Notes under the pieces: generated by a model
The model's input: the letters and a program-made list of their open reading frames with translations, nothing else
Databases searched by the model: none
What the model was told of the DNA's origin: nothing
DNA from: Bdellovibrionota bacterium
GTDB taxonomy: Bacteria > Bdellovibrionota_C > UBA2361 > OMII01
NCBI GenBank assembly: GCA_044345405.1
Contig: JBIJBE010000002.1
Coordinates: forward strand, 32,001-96,000
Reading direction: 5' to 3'
Length of the DNA: 64,000 bases
In this document: positions 9,669 through 19,796 of the stretch, piece by piece
Position numbering within the stretch: position 1 is the stretch's first letter
How the letters are laid out: every line of letters starts with the position of its first letter
Program-made: the position numbers and the translations under genes

Positions 9669-10811
9669 TTGGGCAAGGATCCACAAAACAACGAGAGGTC
9701 GGTTTCCGACTTCTGTATCCTTAATGGACGAACGGACGCGCGACTGAGCGACGTCGAGCGGCTCACCATGCTTGGGGGGAGCGGACTTGACCGTCTCGTG
9801 CAGAGACTCGCGAAGAGTCTCGAGTCGGTAACCCTCGACGCCTTCGCTCCCGGTCTTCAGGTAGCTGCCCTTAAACATCAACACGAGGAACTTCTTTCGT
9901 TGCGACAGAACGGGTCGCTTAGTCGTCTCTTTCAGGACGATGGTCGGGAGACCTCTCCAGCGGTCGTTCCTATTCACGGATTTCCGGTCGGGGGAGTGTA
10001 CGATTTAGAGTTTCACTCAACCTTCCCGGGCGATTCGTGGATGCACGACCCCGAATACGCGGCGCTCGTACAGAACCAGGTATCGTACGTTCGATTATGG
10101 GAGCACGACGAACCCCGCCCTGATCGAAAAACAATCGTCGCTATTCACGGGTGGACGATGGGCGATCAACGGGTAAACTCGCTCGCCTTTATGCCCGGAC
10201 TCTTCTTCTCGCTCGGTTGTAACGTGGCGCTCGTCGAGCTTCCCTTTCACGGACGACGGCGGCCGGATTCGATATCCAGCGAAGCTCCGCTCTTCCCGAG
10301 CGCCGACCCGATTCGCACCTGCGTCGCGATGGCGCACGCGGTCCATGATCTCCGCGTCCTCGCGAGGTTCCTCAAGTCCCGCGGTCATACGCAGATCTCA
10401 TGTATGGGGATGAGCCTCGGCGCGTATGTTGGCCTCCTGTGGTGCTCGCTTGACCACCTTTCGCGTGCGGTATTTATGGTTCCGCTCGTCTCGATGGGGG
10501 ATATGGCGTGGGAGCTCGTGCGCTTGAAACACCGAACAGACAAAGATATCCCACAAGGGATGACCAAGTCGTTCTTGCGCGATCTCTTCTCGGACCATTA
10601 TCCTTTAGGCCGTTCCCCCGCCACGAGCCAGGAGTCAATACTCGTGGTGGGTGGAAGAGGAGACCACCTTGTCCCTCGCAACCAGATTACCCTCCTTCGA
10701 GAGAGGTGGCCCCACGCAAAGGTTCTGTGGGCGGATGGTGGTCACGGCGCGCCCGCGCACAAGGGAGAGTGTTTTGAAGCAGTTCGTTCGTTCTTACTAC
10801 AAGGGGAATAA
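9669..10811 (+). CDS. Alpha/beta-hydrolase (esterase/lipase-like)
   Basis: IHGW oxyanion motif, GMSLG nucleophile elbow, D in GRGDHLVP, GGHG His. Start chosen at TTG after an AGGGGAG SD; the ORF track starts at 9585. Confidence 0.85.
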   Translation: MGKDPQNNERSVSDFCILNGRTDARLSDVERLTMLGGSGLDRLVQRLAKSLESVTLDAFAPGLQVAALKHQHEELLSLRQNGSLSRLFQDDGRETSPAVVPIHGFPVGGVYDLEFHSTFPGDSWMHDPEYAALVQNQVSYVRLWEHDEPRPDRKTIVAIHGWTMGDQRVNSLAFMPGLFFSLGCNVALVELPFHGRRRPDSISSEAPLFPSADPIRTCVAMAHAVHDLRVLARFLKSRGHTQISCMGMSLGAYVGLLWCSLDHLSRAVFMVPLVSMGDMAWELVRLKHRTDKDIPQGMTKSFLRDLFSDHYPLGRSPATSQESILVVGGRGDHLVPRNQITLLRERWPHAKVLWADGGHGAPAHKGECFEAVRSFLLQGE

Positions 10812-10817
10812 GGTTCT

Positions 10818-12566
10818 ATGTCGCAAGGTTCTGACTCACGAAATGATGGCAGCGTAGCGAAGGGTCTCTTTCTTGGAGAGATTCGAGACCATCAGCTCTT
10901 TCCCTTCCCAACGATAAAGCCGGAGGAACAAGAGACCTTGAAGATGGTGATCGAGTCCATCGATCGCTTCATGGGAGGAAAGGAGAAGGAGTATCGTCAG
11001 TTCGACGAAGAAGGTGTGCAGCCGAACGAATACGTCGAGGAGCTTAAGGCGCTTGGGCTATTCTCGCTGATCATCCCAAACGAGTATGAGGGTCTTGGAT
11101 TATCTAACTCGGGCTACTCACGGGTTCTGCAACAAACAAGTCGCTATGACGCATCGACCTCCCTCACGATCGGGGCGCACAGCTCTATCGGTCTCAAGGC
11201 TCTCCTCCTCTTCGGGACCAACGATCAAAAAACAAAGTACCTTCCTAAGCTCGCCACCGGAGAGATGATCGCCGCGTTCTGCCTTACCGAATCGGGCTCC
11301 GGTTCCGACGCAGCCTCTATTAAGACACGCGCGACCAAGAACGCTGACGGCACCTGGACCCTTAACGGCGAAAAGATCTGGATAACGAACGGCGGCACGG
11401 CCGATTTCTTCACCGTCTTCGCGGCGACCGACACCGACGATGGCAAGATTACCGCGTTCATCGTTGAACGCTCATTTGCGGGGGTTTCGTCCGGTCCTAA
11501 AGAGGACAAGATGGGGATCCGCGCTTCGTGCACGACTACCGTTCGCTTCGACAACGTCACGATTCCATCCGAGTGTGTGTTAGGCGAGGTAGGCAAAGGA
11601 TTCAAGGTCGCGATGGCGGTGCTGAACAATGGTCGCACCGGTCTCGGTGGTGGATGCGTCGGCGCCATGAAGCGGTTGATCGAGCATGCGGTAGCGCAAG
11701 CGACGCAGCGAAAACAGTTCGGGAAGAGTATCTCTGAGTTTCAACTTATTAAAGAGAAGTTCGGGATGATGACCGCGCTCTGCTTCGCGTCAGAGAGCGT
11801 TGTAAGTGTCGTTGGACACCTGATCGACTCAGATGTTGAGGATTTCTCCGTCGAAGCGGCGATGAGCAAGGTGTTCGTCTCGGAAGCGTTGTGGACGGTC
11901 GCCGATGAGGCGCTCCAGATTGCGGGTGGTAACGGATTTATGAAGGAGTATCCGTACGAGCGGGTCGTTCGAGATAGCCGCATTAACCGCATCTTTGAGG
12001 GAACAAACGAGATCCTGCGTCTCTTCATCGGGCTCTCCGGGATGAAAGACGCCGGTGAGGAGCTTAAGGATGTCGCTCGAAGCCTCTCAGGTATCTTCAA
12101 TCACCCGATTAAGGGGTTCGGCGTGCTCTCAGGCTACGCCTCGAAGAAGATTAGCCAGTATACTCCGATAGGCCGTCAGGCCCTTACCCGCGCGCACCCA
12201 AGCCTCGCTGAGCAGTCGCAAGCTCTTGAAGGACTCGTCAGCAAACTCGCGGGCGCCGTCGAGTCGACGTTGCGGACGTACGGAAAGAATATCATCGGCA
12301 GTCAGCTCGTAACGAAGCGGCTCTCAGATTCCGCGATGGAGATCTTCGTCGCGATGTGTGTGATCGCGCGTGTCACCTCGTTGCTCCAGGCGAAGGGTGT
12401 TGGTGCGTGCAAGGACGAGCTCACTATCGCCAAGGTCTTCACGCATCACGTAGCCACGCGCGTTAACGGTCACCTTAAGGCGCTCTCTGAGAATACTGAC
12501 AAAGAGCTCTGCGCGCTTGCTGATAGCGTTCTTGAGCAGGGCTCCTACCGCTGGGATGTGCTCTAG
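10818..12566 (+). CDS. Acyl-CoA dehydrogenase (VLCAD/ACAD9-like, with C-terminal extension)
   Basis: AFCLTESGSGSDA, LNGEKIWITNG, RKQFGK, QIAGGNGF, RIFEGTNEILR. Confidence 0.95.
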   Translation: MSQGSDSRNDGSVAKGLFLGEIRDHQLFPFPTIKPEEQETLKMVIESIDRFMGGKEKEYRQFDEEGVQPNEYVEELKALGLFSLIIPNEYEGLGLSNSGYSRVLQQTSRYDASTSLTIGAHSSIGLKALLLFGTNDQKTKYLPKLATGEMIAAFCLTESGSGSDAASIKTRATKNADGTWTLNGEKIWITNGGTADFFTVFAATDTDDGKITAFIVERSFAGVSSGPKEDKMGIRASCTTTVRFDNVTIPSECVLGEVGKGFKVAMAVLNNGRTGLGGGCVGAMKRLIEHAVAQATQRKQFGKSISEFQLIKEKFGMMTALCFASESVVSVVGHLIDSDVEDFSVEAAMSKVFVSEALWTVADEALQIAGGNGFMKEYPYERVVRDSRINRIFEGTNEILRLFIGLSGMKDAGEELKDVARSLSGIFNHPIKGFGVLSGYASKKISQYTPIGRQALTRAHPSLAEQSQALEGLVSKLAGAVESTLRTYGKNIIGSQLVTKRLSDSAMEIFVAMCVIARVTSLLQAKGVGACKDELTIAKVFTHHVATRVNGHLKALSENTDKELCALADSVLEQGSYRWDVL

Positions 12567-12567
12567 A

Positions 12568-12721
12568 CCTTCTCGACGTACACGTGCTCGTGTTCGTAAA
12601 CGTGAACGTACCCGAGAGTGAACGTTGACGTAGTCGGAGTGCTAACTCACCAGATGTGATGCATACCATTCCGAATCGGGTACGTTTACGTTCACGTTTA
12701 CGAGCACGTTCACGTGGGAGG
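12568..12721. repeat. Inverted pair of hexamer-built (CGTGAA/CGTAAA/CGTGCT) repeat elements, family B
   Basis: Left arm ...cgtgttcgtaaacgtgaacgtacccga (to 12615); right arm tcgggtacgtttacgttcacgtttacgagcacgttcacgtg (from 12676). A homologous copy lies at 61503-61542. Confidence 0.85.
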
Positions 12722-12812
12722 TAGAAGAACGCAGAGAGAATCCTAAGAAAGGCTTGAAATCCCTTGCAGTGAGCCCAGTTTTTCCCTACCTTGAGTTCGT
12801 TATTTCCTGGAG

Positions 12813-14240
12813 ATGTATATGAAGAAGCTATGGGGTGGTCGTTTCTCTGATTCCGCGGACGCGTTCGCCGAGGCGTTTGGAGCCTCTATCTCGTTCGACC
12901 AGATCTTCGCTCCGTACGACATTCAGGGAAGCATCGCCCATGCGACTATGTTGGGTGAGACCGGTATTATTTCCAGCGAGGAGTCCCAACAGCTCGTTGA
13001 GGGACTCAAGAAGGTCCGAGCGCGTTGGGAGCGCGGAGAGCTTGAGTTCCGGCTCTCTGATGAAGATATCCACATGAACATCGAGCGCTACCTCACTGAG
13101 GAGATCGGCCCGGTGGCCGGGAAACTCCACACCGCGCGAAGCCGAAACGACCAGGTCGCGACGGACTTTCACCTCTACATCCGGGCGCACATAGTCTCTT
13201 TGGCATCCGCTATCGACGAAGCACAGCAGGTCTTGATCGAGAAGGCCCGCGCGAACATGGACGCGATCCTTCCGGGGTATACCCATCTTCAACGCGCCCA
13301 ACCGGTTCTTTTCTCGCATCACCTTCTGGCATACGCCGCCATGCTCGATCGTGATGGCGGGCGTCTCACCGATCTGTGGAAGCGAGTGAACATCCTTCCC
13401 CTGGGAGCTGGGGCGCTGGCGGGAACAACCTTCCCAATAGATCGCGAGCGGGTCGCCTCGCTCCTTCGGTTCGATGGTGTGTACGAGAACAGCATGGACG
13501 CCGTGAGTGATCGGGACTTCGCTCTGGAATACCTCAACTGCTGTGCCACGGTCATGATGCATCTCTCGCGACTGTGCGAGGAGATTATCATCTGGTCGAC
13601 CGGCGAGTTCTCTTTCGTTGAGCTTCACGACTCCCTCTCAACGGGAAGCAGCATCATGCCGCAGAAGAAGAACGCGGACTTCGCCGAGTTAATCCGAGGG
13701 AAGACTGGTCGTGTCTACGGCGCCCTTACGACGCTCTATACGGTGATGAAGGGGCTTCCGCTGACCTACAACAAGGATATGCAGGAGGATAAGGAGGGCG
13801 TCTTCGACGCGACCGAAACCGTGTACGGCTCACTCAAGATCGCCGCCGCCATGGTGAAGACCCTCACGGTAAATAAAGAAGCGATGCGAGCGCACGCCGA
13901 GCGTGGTTTTACAAACGCCACTGACGCCGCTGACTATCTCGCGAAGAAGGGTCTTCCGTTTCGAGAAGCTCACGAAGTGGTCGGAAAGCTCGTTAAGCAC
14001 TGCGTAATCAACCGTTGTGACCTAGGCGCGCTCACACTTGAGACCTACAAATCGTTCTCGCCCCTCTTCGAGCAGGATATTTACGAGGCGATCACCCTTG
14101 AGACGGTGGTCAATAGAAGGACTACTCGAGGCGGCACCGGAACCAGTGCCGTTGAGGCGCAGATCACTATAGCGGAAGGGCGGCAACGACACCTCTCTTT
14201 GTGGGTTGAGAGATATCGTGCGACCGTTGCTCCTGAGTAA
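12813..14240 (+). CDS. argH: Argininosuccinate lyase
   Basis: KLWGGRF, EDIHMNIE, LHTARSRNDQVATD, PGYTHLQRAQP, GSSIMPQKKN. Confidence 0.98.
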   Translation: MYMKKLWGGRFSDSADAFAEAFGASISFDQIFAPYDIQGSIAHATMLGETGIISSEESQQLVEGLKKVRARWERGELEFRLSDEDIHMNIERYLTEEIGPVAGKLHTARSRNDQVATDFHLYIRAHIVSLASAIDEAQQVLIEKARANMDAILPGYTHLQRAQPVLFSHHLLAYAAMLDRDGGRLTDLWKRVNILPLGAGALAGTTFPIDRERVASLLRFDGVYENSMDAVSDRDFALEYLNCCATVMMHLSRLCEEIIIWSTGEFSFVELHDSLSTGSSIMPQKKNADFAELIRGKTGRVYGALTTLYTVMKGLPLTYNKDMQEDKEGVFDATETVYGSLKIAAAMVKTLTVNKEAMRAHAERGFTNATDAADYLAKKGLPFREAHEVVGKLVKHCVINRCDLGALTLETYKSFSPLFEQDIYEAITLETVVNRRTTRGGTGTSAVEAQITIAEGRQRHLSLWVERYRATVAPE

Positions 14241-14246
14241 CCCCCT

Positions 14247-14597
14247 CTACGATGCGGCTCTTATGTCTGGCTGTGGGGCTGACGATCTTCGTTGAAGCCC
14301 CGTGGCCCGTTCGATCTTAGCAAGGAAGCTCTCGCAGGCGTCGTGGTATCGAGCCCGAGTCCACCCCATGTATCGGACCTCATCAAGATAGGTGCCAGCA
14401 AAGGTAAGATAATAGATAAGAAGCTGCGGGTCCTTGGGTAACGAGAAGTGTCCATTCCGAGGCATACCGGGAATGGAGCGAACAGGAGCTCTGTTAGGGA
14501 GCTCTGTAGGGGAGGAAAAGTAACTCCATGCGTCTCGGGTCAGGAGTTGCGCGATCTTCTCCTCGTCGGGCTCAAGTGTTATCCCCACCGTTGTCAT
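14247..14597 (-). CDS. Hypothetical protein
   Basis: ORF with GGAGGGG SD before ATG (MTTVGITLEPD...); no recognised motif. Confidence 0.55.
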   Translation of the reverse strand: MTTVGITLEPDEEKIAQLLTRDAWSYFSSPTELPNRAPVRSIPGMPRNGHFSLPKDPQLLIYYLTFAGTYLDEVRYMGWTRARYHDACESFLAKIERATGLQRRSSAPQPDIRAAS

Positions 14598-14812
14598 GGC
14601 AGCCCCTCCGCTCGTTCCGCCGTTGTTGCCACCATTGTCAATGGCGCTGACATCAGGCGGTATGACCCCGAGCACACGAGTGGTGATGCGCTCATCATGG
14701 TGAGTACGTCAGTTCCCAGTTAGCCTTCGTAGGTTTTTACCTATACGGAGGAGCTATGAAGGGAGCACAGGAGAGGGCGCGCGCTGAACAACAGCAGGGC
14801 GAGGAGCGTTTT

Positions 14813-15040
14813 ATGGCGCTGGAGACGGTATTCAAAACGATTGAGCTGACCGCGGAGTCCAATACCAGTTGGGAAGCGGCGGCACAGCAGTGTATCCAAG
14901 AGGCAAGTTCGACGGTTAAGAATATCCGTGAGCTGAAGGTCGAGTCGATGAAGGCGCTGATCGACAAGGATCAGATCGTTCGATACCGCCTGCGGTGTCG
15001 TGTCGCGTTCGCGGTCGATACGTCGATCCGGGAGCATTAG
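14813..15040 (+). CDS. Dodecin-family flavin-binding protein
   Basis: VFKTIELTAESNTSWEAAAQQCIQEASSTVKNIR...YRLRCRVAF matches the dodecin pattern; GAGGAG SD. Confidence 0.88.
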   Translation: MALETVFKTIELTAESNTSWEAAAQQCIQEASSTVKNIRELKVESMKALIDKDQIVRYRLRCRVAFAVDTSIREH

Positions 15041-15082
15041 GGATAGGGGGAGGTGCGACCGGGGACGGTCGGGCGTCCCGGA

Positions 15083-15364
15083 CTACGCCTCCTCCCTCCG
15101 CACCGCCTCAATAAAATACGCGTGCGTCCCGAAATCGAACGGGATCTCGATCTCAAGGACCTTGTGGATGAACGCCACATCGTCCGGGCCCACGGCGTAT
15201 CGGTCGAGCATCTGAGGGTCATGTTCAACAGGCACGTCGAACTGGTGGCAGAAGGCATGAAGGTCGAACGGTTCGAGGAGGTGTACGTCGACGACCTCCT
15301 CGGTGTTTCCGTCAACAACGGCAAGGACGTGGCATATTGAGGGATCGGAAGAGCTTGATGACAT
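15083..15364 (-). CDS. Small acidic hypothetical protein
   Basis: 93-aa globular-looking ORF (...DPQMLDRYAVGPDD...FDFGTHAYFIEA). Confidence 0.6.
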   Translation of the reverse strand: MSSSSSDPSICHVLAVVDGNTEEVVDVHLLEPFDLHAFCHQFDVPVEHDPQMLDRYAVGPDDVAFIHKVLEIEIPFDFGTHAYFIEAVRREEA

Positions 15365-15457
15365 CCCAGACCTATAACACCTTTTGCCGAAAAGGGGGAG
15401 GTGCAGGCGTAACTGGTGCTCTACAAGTGAGAGTTTTTGGGCTAGCATGTCGGAGTT

Positions 15458-17470
15458 ATGACATTAACCGGCGAACCACAAACCCTCGTACAACTCGACC
15501 CATGGCTGGCTCCCTACGAGGGAGCGATCAACCACCGCAACTGGTTGACCTACGAGCGCAGCCGTCAGGTAACGCAGGGGAAGTTCTCGCTCGCCGAATT
15601 CGCGTCAGGACATGAGTACTTCGGATTACATCGAACAACTGAAGGATGGGTTCTCCGTGAGCGAGCACCCTTCGCCACTCGGATCTCCGTTATCGGGGAT
15701 TGTAACAACTGGCAGTTGGACCGGACCTACGATCTTCAACGGCGCGACCACGGAACGTGGGAGCTGAAACTTCCTGAGGCTGCGTTCACGCACGGACAGC
15801 ACTACAAGCTTGTCATGTTTTGGAACGAGCATGGGCGGGAGACCTCGGCCGAGCGACTTCCATCATTCGCCCGCCGGGTGATTCAGGACCCTCAGACGCA
15901 CCTCTTCAGCGCGCAGGTCTGGGAGCCTCAAACCCCGTACGTGTGGAAGCATCCCAATTTTCGCGTACCTCAACGAGCTCCTATTATCTATGAGGCTCAC
16001 GTTGGAATGGCCCAGGAGCGGGCAGGGGTGGGGACCTACCGCGAATTCACGGAGAACGTCCTGCCGCGTATTCACCGTGGCGGCTACAACACGATTCAGT
16101 TGATGGCCGTTCAGGAGCATCCGTACTACGGATCGTTCGGCTACCAGGTCTCAAATTTCTTCGCCCCATCATCGCGGTTCGGCACTCCGGAAGATCTCAA
16201 GGAGCTTATCGACACGGCGCACGGCCTCGGCATCGCCGTCATTATGGACCTCGTGCACTCGCACGCCGTCAAGAACGAGCTCGAGGGGTTGAGTCGCTTC
16301 GATGGGTCATACTCCCTGTACTTCCATGAAGGCGCACGGGGGGAACATCCGGCGTGGAATACACGGCTCTTCGATTACGCGAAGGGTGACACCCTTCACT
16401 TTCTTCTCTCAAACTGTCGCTACTGGCTCGACGCCTTTAAGTTCGATGGTTACCGCTTTGACGGCGTCACGAGCATGATCTATCGGGATCATGGATTAGG
16501 CTCGAGCGTTGGCTCCTACGACCACTACTTCTGCGGCAACGTCGATGAAGACGCGATGGCGTACCTGGCGCTCGCCAACGAGGTGATTCATGAGGTGAGG
16601 CCCGACGCGATTACTATCGCCGAAGAGGTAAGTGGGATGCCCGGTCTGGCGGCACCCCGCTTGCAGGGCGGCGTAGGGTTTAACTACCGCCTCGCGATGG
16701 GCGTGCCCGATTACTGGATCAAGCTCCTCAAGCACGTTCCGGACGAGCAGTGGAACGTCGCCGAGATATGGCGCGAAATATCAAGTCGTCGAGTTGATGA
16801 GCGCACGGTAGGATATGCGGAATCGCACGACCAGGCGCTTGTTGGGGACAAGACCCTTATCTTTTGGCTCGCCGACCAGGAGATGTATTGGAAGATGCGG
16901 GTAATCGATCAAAGTCTTGTGATCGACCGAGCCATCGCGCTCCATAAGATGATTCGTCTCATCACCCTCGGCACCGCAGGCAACGGGTACCTAACCTTTA
17001 TGGGGAACGAGTTCGGGCATCCCGAATGGGTCGACTTTCCACGTGAGGGGAACAATTGGTCGTACCACTATGCTCGAAGGCAGTGGAGCTTGCGAGATTC
17101 CTCGGAGCTTCGCTACAGACACCTCGCTGACTTCGACCAGGCGATGGTTGACCTCGCGGGCAAAGCCAAGGTCCTTGAGCATGAGTGGCCGTATAAGCAC
17201 TACGAGCACGTAGGTGACCAGGTTCTCGCCTTTGAGCGCGCAGATCTCCTCTTTATCTTCAACTTTAATCCGACCCATTCGTTCGATAGCCGAAGGATTT
17301 CGTGCCGCTCCGGAGCCTATAAGATAGTTCTCTCAACGGACGCACCGCAATTTGGCGGGTTCGACAGGATTGACACCTCGCTTGACTATGTGACGACCGG
17401 CGCATCGCCCGAACTCTCAATCTATATTCCAGCGCGCACCGCCGTAGTGCTTGCGCGGCAGCAGAGTTAG
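15458..17470 (+). CDS. glgB: 1,4-alpha-glucan branching enzyme (GH13, eukaryote/Bacteroidetes-type)
   Basis: IYEAHVGMA, EHPYYGSFGYQVSNFFA, FDGYRFDGVTSM, AEEVSGMP, YAESHDQALVGDKT, FMGNEFGHPEW. Confidence 0.97.
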   Translation: MTLTGEPQTLVQLDPWLAPYEGAINHRNWLTYERSRQVTQGKFSLAEFASGHEYFGLHRTTEGWVLRERAPFATRISVIGDCNNWQLDRTYDLQRRDHGTWELKLPEAAFTHGQHYKLVMFWNEHGRETSAERLPSFARRVIQDPQTHLFSAQVWEPQTPYVWKHPNFRVPQRAPIIYEAHVGMAQERAGVGTYREFTENVLPRIHRGGYNTIQLMAVQEHPYYGSFGYQVSNFFAPSSRFGTPEDLKELIDTAHGLGIAVIMDLVHSHAVKNELEGLSRFDGSYSLYFHEGARGEHPAWNTRLFDYAKGDTLHFLLSNCRYWLDAFKFDGYRFDGVTSMIYRDHGLGSSVGSYDHYFCGNVDEDAMAYLALANEVIHEVRPDAITIAEEVSGMPGLAAPRLQGGVGFNYRLAMGVPDYWIKLLKHVPDEQWNVAEIWREISSRRVDERTVGYAESHDQALVGDKTLIFWLADQEMYWKMRVIDQSLVIDRAIALHKMIRLITLGTAGNGYLTFMGNEFGHPEWVDFPREGNNWSYHYARRQWSLRDSSELRYRHLADFDQAMVDLAGKAKVLEHEWPYKHYEHVGDQVLAFERADLLFIFNFNPTHSFDSRRISCRSGAYKIVLSTDAPQFGGFDRIDTSLDYVTTGASPELSIYIPARTAVVLARQQS

Positions 17471-17480
17471 AAGTTCAGGC

Positions 17481-18707
17481 CTACGATAAACGGTCGAGGA
17501 CGAAGTCCGCCACGCTCCGCCCAGCGGAGAGGGCACCGTTCTGCGAAGGATAGGTGAGGTAATCCCCCGCGTAGAGTATCCCTGAAACCTCGGAGTAGCC
17601 GACCGACATCCGGGGCCTGCTCACCACAGACGCTGGGAGAGCCACTCTCATCAGGTAATTCCAATCCTGAACTTCGGCTCCGTACCACGTAGCTGCTTGG
17701 GCGACGAGCGACTCCTTCTGGCTTGCCTCAGAGAGTGAAGCCGCGTCTCCGATGGCGGTAATCGCGATCAGCGCCCGCCCAGGTGGCGCGTACGAAGGCT
17801 GCACGTTAGAGAGAACCGCAAGGGTGGCTATCGGACCGCCGTCTGCGTTGAGCACTATCACGGGCTCGTGAAAGGGTGCCTTAGGCGCAGAGAAGTAGAG
17901 GGTGCACGACGCGAGGTGGTGCATCGTTTGCTCGGGCGAGCCGAGCTGGGTCGCTGACATCGTGTCGACGGCGCAAATAACTTGGCGCGCTCGATAGGAG
18001 TCGCCGTTATCAAGGGTAACCTCGTCCCGCGTTATCGCGTTTACGGTGGCGTTGAGGCGAATGTGCGAGCGACCGATCTGATCGGCGAGTAGGTTCGGGA
18101 GCGCCTGAATTCCCGCCTCGGGGAGAGCGGCCTCGCCCCGAGCAAACATCTGAAGGTAGAAACACGCCAGACCAAAATCAGCTCGCAGAAGGGGATCGAG
18201 AAGCACCCCTCGAAGGAATGGCCTCAGGAATCCATCTTGAAAACGCCTCGAGAATCCGGTCGCGGTGAGACCGAGGTCGGTCGAGAGATCCCTTGAGGCG
18301 CAGGCGGAGCCTCCCCTTCGAGTTAACAGGAAGAGACGAAAGAAATCCGAAAACGAACCCAATGAGGAGCGGAGCACTGAGAAGATCTCCTCTGGATGGC
18401 GGAGGGGGTCCATAAAGTCTACGAAGGCGCCATTGCGTCGAACGCGAGCACCCGAGGAAAAGCTTCGACACCCAAGCTGATTCGAGCCCTCAATGGCGCG
18501 CACCTCAGGATAGGCGGTCAGGAGTACCTGGAAGCCGTGATCGATCTTGTACCCAGCGGCTTCGTGGGTGGCCATGCGCCCCCCGATATGGTCGGCCCGT
18601 TCAAAGACCAATACGGAGAGACCGGCCTCCGCGAGCCGATGCGCGGCTCGCAGTCCGGTGAGCCCAGCCCCTATAACGATCACATCAGCGTCGGGAAGTT
18701 TTGTCAT
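17481..18707 (-). CDS. FAD-dependent oxidoreductase (amine oxidase/protoporphyrinogen oxidase-like)
   Basis: GAGLTG Rossmann motif, GGRMAT, IDHGFQVLLTAYPE, C-terminal AGDY...GALSAGR. Confidence 0.88.
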   Translation of the reverse strand: MTKLPDADVIVIGAGLTGLRAAHRLAEAGLSVLVFERADHIGGRMATHEAAGYKIDHGFQVLLTAYPEVRAIEGSNQLGCRSFSSGARVRRNGAFVDFMDPLRHPEEIFSVLRSSLGSFSDFFRLFLLTRRGGSACASRDLSTDLGLTATGFSRRFQDGFLRPFLRGVLLDPLLRADFGLACFYLQMFARGEAALPEAGIQALPNLLADQIGRSHIRLNATVNAITRDEVTLDNGDSYRARQVICAVDTMSATQLGSPEQTMHHLASCTLYFSAPKAPFHEPVIVLNADGGPIATLAVLSNVQPSYAPPGRALIAITAIGDAASLSEASQKESLVAQAATWYGAEVQDWNYLMRVALPASVVSRPRMSVGYSEVSGILYAGDYLTYPSQNGALSAGRSVADFVLDRLS

Positions 18708-18890
18708 ACTTGAGCACGGTCGGTAGGAGGACGTCTGAGCCTCTATTCAGGAATACCAAGTCCCTCCCGAGGATCGCAACCAACTAAAGAGAAACGATTT
18801 CTTAACACTGGTACCCGTCATGGTCTGTAGGTCCGCGAACCGACCTCGGGTAGCGTGAAAAGTACCACGACTCATGGTAGCATCTCGCGC

Positions 18891-19739
18891 ATGGAGTTCA
18901 CCTCAAACAACGACCGTTTCATGGGATTTACCCAACTTGTCGGCCCCGAAGCCTACGAGAGGATCTCTCGTGCCTCGGTGTGCGTCGTGGGACTCGGAGG
19001 GGTCGGTTCGTGGACGGTCGAGGCGCTCGCTCGGTGTGGTGTGGGTGCGCTCACCCTGGTGGATCTCGATGAGGTGTGTGTCACTAACGTGAACCGACAG
19101 TTGCATGCGCTTACCTCTACCGTTGGCACCTCAAAGGCTGAGGTGCTCGGGAATCGGGTCCGGGAGATCAATCCCGACTGTTCCGTTCGGGTGATGAAGA
19201 AGTTTTTCTCTGAAAAAACCGCCGAGGAGATCCTCGGAGTTGGGTATTCGCTGGTGCTCGACACTATCGATACCGCCGACCATAAGATCACGCTTCTTGC
19301 TGAGTGCGCCCGCCGTGGCATTCCCGCTATCACCGTTGGCTCAGCGGGCAATAGAACCTCTCCAACAAGCGCGCGGGTTGAGGATCTCTCGAAAACTATT
19401 CACGATCCGCTACTGCAGATCGTTCGAAAAAAGCTTCGACAGGAGCATGACTTTCCACGGAGCGAGAGAACTCGGTTCGATATTCCATGCGTGTACGCGC
19501 CACTTCAGCGAGGCCCTCGTGATACCGAAGATGCGCAGTGCGCTGCGGATCAATCCCAACCAAGAGCGCGGGCAAAAAGTTGCAACGCGGGGCTCGGAAG
19601 CGCTGTGTTTATGACCGGCACAATAGGGTTTATCGCCGCAGCGGAGGCGATCGAACTTCTCTCCCGCGAAACGCCGCTTCATCCATACCGATGGGTCGAG
19701 AATCGACGGGCGAGATTGGCCGAGCCTGAAATCGCATAA
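18891..19739 (+). CDS. tcdA: tRNA threonylcarbamoyladenosine dehydratase (ThiF/E1-like)
   Basis: VGLGGVGSWTVEALARCG, DLDEVCVTNVNRQ, DLSKTIHDPL, GSAVFMTGTIG. Confidence 0.9.
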   Translation: MEFTSNNDRFMGFTQLVGPEAYERISRASVCVVGLGGVGSWTVEALARCGVGALTLVDLDEVCVTNVNRQLHALTSTVGTSKAEVLGNRVREINPDCSVRVMKKFFSEKTAEEILGVGYSLVLDTIDTADHKITLLAECARRGIPAITVGSAGNRTSPTSARVEDLSKTIHDPLLQIVRKKLRQEHDFPRSERTRFDIPCVYAPLQRGPRDTEDAQCAADQSQPRARAKSCNAGLGSAVFMTGTIGFIAAAEAIELLSRETPLHPYRWVENRRARLAEPEIA

Positions 19740-19796
19740 CCTCAAACGCCCTTCTCAGCGAACGAAAACAGGTTCGTTACATGCCTTTCGGCCAGG

